Assembly: GCF_009914755.1 (NCBI RefSeq)
Contig: NC_060927.1
Direction: 5' to 3' (one strand)
Length of the DNA stretch: 64,000 nt
Origin: the human T2T-CHM13v2.0 reference genome, Homo sapiens
The notes beneath the pieces are model-generated. The model was given only the letters and a program-made list of their open reading frames with translations, was not told the origin of the DNA and did no database searches. The position numbers and the translations under genes are program-made. The stretch's first letter is position 1. Each line of letters begins with the position of its first letter. Positions 56,812 to 64,000 of this stretch are shown here, piece by piece.

Positions 56812-57598
56812 TGAAACAGGAGAAGTTCCCTTATCCCCCTCACAGGGTGTGCGACAGGGGTGTGACCCACTTCTTTGGTGCCCACTGCTCAAACCCCTAG
56901 GGGGAGCATGCAGATGGGCAGGTTGTGGGAAGAGTTTTTGACCTCTGACCCCATGGCTGCCTCTAGGGTTGAGTGTTTACAGTTCCCAAAATCCCAGGGG
57001 GTGTGCGTTACAGTGCATTCTTTCAGCTTTGCCATCTGCAGGCAGCTTGTGTTAATGAGCTCAATTAGACTCTCTGTCTTATCGCAAGGACAGAGGGCTT
57101 TCTGTATTCTGGATTCTTGACCCAGTGCACCAGAAAAATCGGATCACACCTGGGCTTGGAGAATGAGTGCAAGGTTTTATTGAGTGGTGAAAGTAGCTCT
57201 CAGTGAGATGGACGGGAGCCAGAAGGGGGATGGAGTGGGAAGGTGGTCTTTCCCTGAAGTCAGGCTGTCCATCGGCTGGACTGTCTTCCTACAGCCCCCA
57301 TCTGAATTCCCCTCAACGATGTCTCCTTTGTTCCTTGGTCAGTCGATGGCCTGCCGGTGTCTGCTGGTGTCTGTCCGTGTGCTCTTTCTCAACGTCCAGC
57401 TGTTTGTGTGTGTGCCCACTACAGTCTCGGGTTTTTATGGGCACAGAATGGGGGGCCAAAAGGCAACTTTTGGGGGGCAAAAACAGAAATGCCTGTCCTC
57501 ATTTAGGTCCATGGGCACAGGCCTGAGAGTGGAGCCCTTGCCAGGGATCCTGCCCTTCTCTACTCAACACTTCCCTGCCCCTCTCCTGAATCACATCA
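56812..57598 (-). mobile_element. LTR1-family (HUERS-P2-type) solo LTR
   Basis: reverse complement starts tgatgtgattcaggagaggggcagggaagtgttgagtagagaagggc...ggacctaaatgaggacaggc; TG...CA termini. Confidence 0.75.
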
Positions 57599-58169
57599 AT
57601 TAAGAGCTTTCTTCACCACCCCTTAGCTCTCATCCTTCTCTCTCCACTATTCACCCAACATCATCTGGGACCAGAACTAATGTCAGCAAAGCAGGGGAAG
57701 TAACAAAACTTCTAGGAGTAGAAGAAAGGATGAAAAAGCCAACCACAACCCCCTTTCTTCATTAAAGGCTTCCCTCTACTGTACTCGAAAACAACTTTGG
57801 CATTTTGATGATCAAATGAAAAAGTATACTTTCTAACTCTGTACTATTTGTACACTATTTGTACTTTCTAAATCTATACTATTCGTATTATTTAAAAGTG
57901 ACCATAAATATTACAAACTAAGTTAACCAAGGTTTTGCCTGGAGGCAAGGGAAGAACAAATCCCATTATACAACATAAATAGTTGAATTCCACTTATATG
58001 AAAACACACATATATATGTTTAAAAGGCATATATGTATAAAAATGGATATCAAATGGTATGAAATAATTTGCACTAAATTGATAATTGAGGAAAAAATGT
58101 GAAGAGAAACTTCCAGACCAAAAGCTTCATGGGCAAAAGAACCATATCTTCACATCCTTACCAGGATAA

Positions 58170-58615
<446 letters not shown>

Positions 58616-58632
58616 AAAAATTGAAGACACTG

Positions 58633-58937
<305 letters not shown>

Positions 58938-60919
58938 TTGAAGACAGTGCATTTGTGTGCTATTCATAAAATTAAAATCAACCAACAAACCAATCTACCT
59001 ACATGACAAATAACTAAGAAAACAATACTACCAGAGCTCTAGAAACAAGCACTTTGAATTGAAGCAAGCCTTCTAAGGTATCAATAGACTAAATATTGAA
59101 TCTTAAAAATGATTTTACTCCAAATAGGTTAAATTTTTTATTCTTTTTGTTAAAAATGAGTAACACAAATGTATGCTACATTTTCTCTCATTTAAAGATT
59201 GAAGAGAAGTTTGTTAATCCAAAGCCAACAGGAAGCTCACAAGTAATTCCACAGTGTATCTTCCAGAAACATTTTCTGCATAGGGTAAAACTGCTGCTTA
59301 CAGACATAAATACAAAGCAGCCACTTTACACCGATTAAAATTGAGCCATAACTTTTATGAGCTTTAATACAACTACTTTTTTAATGCTGCTTTTTGTCTC
59401 CTTGTTTACAAGACAAAGAGTTTTCTAACTTTACTATTTGATGCTTACTTACACATTTAGGGAAAGGAGTTTTACAGAGACATAAAATTAGACATGGAGA
59501 TTACTTCATTTTTAACTGGTTTTGAAAATATGTCTAATAGAGCACATTTTTATTTAGAAATAACAAACAGGTTAATATAAAAAAGAGAGATCATTATCTC
59601 TTAGTGTATTCACCATGGTCTTGTTAACTAGAAAGAACTGCAAGAGAAGAAAGAACATTTAGGGACCCAGGAAAGTGTGCATATCTAGTACTTGCCTCAT
59701 GTTGAAGGAGAAAGGCAGGGCTTCAGAATTCACTTTCATTCAGGTTTATAAAATTCAGGCAAAGAATATTTGCCCTCTGCTGGATTATTTTGGGAAAAAT
59801 ACAGATTTTCTTTTTTCTAACTATTAAAGGAGAATGGAAGAATAGAGTGGCAAAGAGACAGAGGGAAAGTAAAAAAAAAAAAAGGAAAAAAGGAAAGAAT
59901 GAAGAAAAGAAGGGAGGGAAGAAAAAAATTAGAGAAGGAAGAAAATATATACAGAAGGAAATAGATTACATTCACATTGTTGCTGGAAATATTTAATTTA
60001 GTCTGGTACACACAGACCTCAAATTCTTCTATTTATATTATTTTCTCAACTCAAATCTGAAAATGGTCCCCAGAATAGAAACCATTTAACTTTAGGCCTT
60101 TCTCTGGTACTAAAGTGACACTAGACTAATAGACAATTACGACCACTTTAATGGATGACTGAGTTATCATCATCCTATGAAAGTTAATTTTGGTTTTGAA
60201 AATTTAACAAGATTTCTGCAACCTTAATTAGTTATTCATTAATACAGTTTAAGTTGATGAATGCCTTCCAACAAGTAAAATATGAGTTTAAATTTGCATT
60301 CACTCTCCAAAGGGTTACATATTTCCTGAGAGTATCTACATATTCATAGGCAACATCGATGTGAATGTGACAGGCAAGTATTGGAGGGAGTGGCCAATGA
60401 CTCACAGTTTTCTTGGCATTACAGTTAATGGGGAAACTTCTATCCTGTCTTTGGAGTTCTTTATCTCAACATGACTAATTGCTTCATCCTCAAAGTCTCC
60501 TTTTCCAATACCTTGCCTCTCATTTTGAGCCCTGAAGGAATCACACATCCAAGTGCTCCCTCTCTCATAAGTTCCCGTGTGCTCTGAACATAATGACTAC
60601 CTGAGACTTTCAGGAGAGAGTCTGAGGTGGAAGAGTTGTAAATACTCTAAGCAGCCTTATTACCTCTTCCGCTCTCCACCTCTCCTCCACAGCATGTTTC
60701 CTAACTACTTCCAAAAGGCTGAAACATTGGTGGATGGAACAGAGCTTAACCTTCACATGAAGATCTGTTGATGCCATCCTAAAATATCCTTAAATCCATC
60801 TCATTTTCTCCATTTCTCTGACATCCTCACAGTCTAAACCACTGTCTTCTGTCACCTGAATCACAGCCGTACACATCAAACTGGTGTCTCTCTTATCATG
60901 CCCCCTTCAGACTATTTCA

Positions 60920-61130
60920 GGAGCTTTGGAGCAACACTTATGGGGATTCAGATCTTGGATATGTCTTTCATTAACAGTTGATCGTGGACAAGTTAGTCTA
61001 CTTTTTTTATCCACAGCTTTGTCATCTTAAAATGGGATGAATCTATCTCATAGATGTATTTCAAGCAAGACACACTCACATAATGAGTATATAACTTGAC
61101 CACAGAAGTTGCTCAAAATTAGCTATTTAT
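60920..61130 (+). mobile_element. MIR
   Basis: gctttggagc...ggacaagttagtct...catcttaaaatggga. Confidence 0.55.
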
Positions 61131-61864
61131 GCTATTGTCTTCTAGGTAGATGTTACTCAAAAAATTTACAAACAGGATATGTAAAAATGTCGTAATTAAC
61201 TCAAATTCAAAATAGAACCATTTTAGTCTTTTATGAATGGTACAAACTAAGAATTATGGAGATTGGGAGGATAGAGATATCTTTTTCTGGAAGTGAGAAG
61301 ATCTCCCAAAGAAAGCAAACACTGGTGCATTTGTGCTTTTGTTTATTTATATTTTTGCTAAGTTTAGAAAAGAGGTAAAGAGTAAAAATGCTCCGTAATG
61401 GATAAAACAAAATTCTTTATCTATTAGGATAAAGAATTATTTACCCACAAAACTAGAGAAACCATTTATCCCTTGAGATTTTATTCTATATATTAAATAT
61501 GATCTGTGTTGGGGGAGTGTCTGCACACACACATTTTAGTTTGGATGAAAAGCAGCAAGGTTAATTTCTTCATTAGAAACTTCTGATTGGAAGTAAGAAT
61601 TCTACACAGTGTGTATTGTTGTAGAATGCCCCATTGGTTTGTTTGCCTGTATACCCTGTGAGTTTACAGTGCTAGGAGAAATTTCCACCTTCTCTCAGAT
61701 CTGCCTTTCTTTAATTGGAATTCAGAGCCTAATAAACCCTTTCTTTCCCTTTCTTTTTCTCAATTCAGTACTTGATATCTTCCTTGGTAACATTATTCCC
61801 GTTCTTTTAGGATGCCTCTACTTTCAGTCCAAGCACTTTGATAGGATAGTTAATTACTCTCTCT

Positions 61865-62575
<711 letters not shown>

Positions 62576-62618
62576 ACATTTCTTTTATCAATATTATTAA
62601 AAAAAAATTTTTTTTACA

Positions 62619-62880
62619 GGCTGGGCACAGTAGCTCATGCTTGTAATCCCAGCATTTTTTGGAGGCCTAGGTGGGAGGATCGCTTGAGTCCAGGAATTCA
62701 AGACCAGCCTAAGCAACATAGTGAAACTCTGTCTCCACACAAAATTTTAAAAAATAATTAGCCGGGTATGGTGGTGCCCACCTGTAGTGCCAGCTACGTT
62801 GGAGGTTGAGGTGGGAGGATCACTTGAAACCAGGAGGTAGAGGTTGCTGTGAGCTGAGATCACACCACTGCATTCCAGGC
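62619..62880 (+). mobile_element. AluJ, 3'-truncated (no tail)
   Basis: ends abruptly at cactgcattccaggc. Confidence 0.9.
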
Positions 62881-63519
62881 ATTGTATTAACAAAAGGCAA
62901 AATATTCTTCTTAAATTTGAGGTTGTATGTAGGCTATTGTAGCTTAAATCATATAGCTGATGACTGATTTACCCTTTTACTCTGCATGCAGCTTCTCCTG
63001 CTGGAGTATCCTTCATGTGAGAAGAGAAGATTGGGATTTAATGAGAATATCACCTCAGAAAAATTGTATTTAGTGAAAGTAACATCACTCTGTATCTAAT
63101 GAACAAAGCAGGGAGAGCCATTTACCTGGCTTTTCAAGACATTGTAAGCCCAGAAAAATTAGGAGTAGGCAAAGAAATCATGACTCCATGTGAATGTTAG
63201 CTAGGAGGCAAAGGAATATTAATGTCATAGATGACATTCCTCTGAAGGCACAGGGATAGATGAACACACTGAGAGCACTGGACAAGCCTTTGTGATTGAC
63301 GTGGAGCAGAGCCACCATCAAGTCTCAAATCACAAAAGCCTGATGTACAAAGACACCTGGGCATTCTGGTGACCCAGGGCTCCCTGCCACAAGAATTGCT
63401 GTTGGATCTCTTAGAATCAATAACTGGCACTGAGAAAATTGGCATTGCATCTCCTGCAGTTTCAGTCTGTTCTTTGAGAATATTATGATGAATAGAGCTC
63501 ATGTGGATGAATCTATTAG

Positions 63520-63861
<342 letters not shown>

Positions 63862-64000
63862 TCCAAGAAAAATTCTTATGCATGAGGCATTGCTTTTATC
63901 TACTTCATCTTCTACGCCAAAGTGAGATGTGCAAAATAAAAATGTCACCATAATACCTCTTAGCTTAAAAGTCATCATTAGCTCTCATCTTTTATAGGGT

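Noticed and set aside
56875-57603. Overlapping 81-139-aa ORFs
   Set aside because: They lie within a GC-richer solo LTR.
59790-60011. Lys/Glu-rich ORF
   Set aside because: Translation of an A/G low-complexity tract.

Overview
Primate (almost certainly human) AT-rich, gene-poor genomic DNA. Roughly half or more is interspersed repeats: Alu, L1, L2, MIR, MaLR/ERV LTRs and hAT/mariner MITEs. I can support no spliced protein-coding gene. The dominant feature is a young, full-length L1-mediated retrocopy of HNRNPA3 (50277-51596, + strand) inserted into a MIR. It has a perfect 14-bp TSD and an A23 tail, and its ORF is still open (360 aa). Relative to my recalled 378-aa parent it has an 18-aa in-frame deletion in the RGG region and about 5 substitutions, including loss of the S358-P site next to the PY-NLS. 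Its 5' end carries the miR-4444 hairpin plus a palindromic E-box and a GC box. Its short 3' UTR ends after a non-canonical AGTAAA signal. A full-length 7SL pseudogene lies about 32 kb upstream. From memory this arrangement fits HNRNPA3P6/MIR4444-2 at 3p12.3 (not verified). The best candidate for something new is that this pseudogene is a potentially expressible retrogene encoding an LCD-altered hnRNP A3. Repeat subfamily calls and many repeat boundaries are by-eye estimates.
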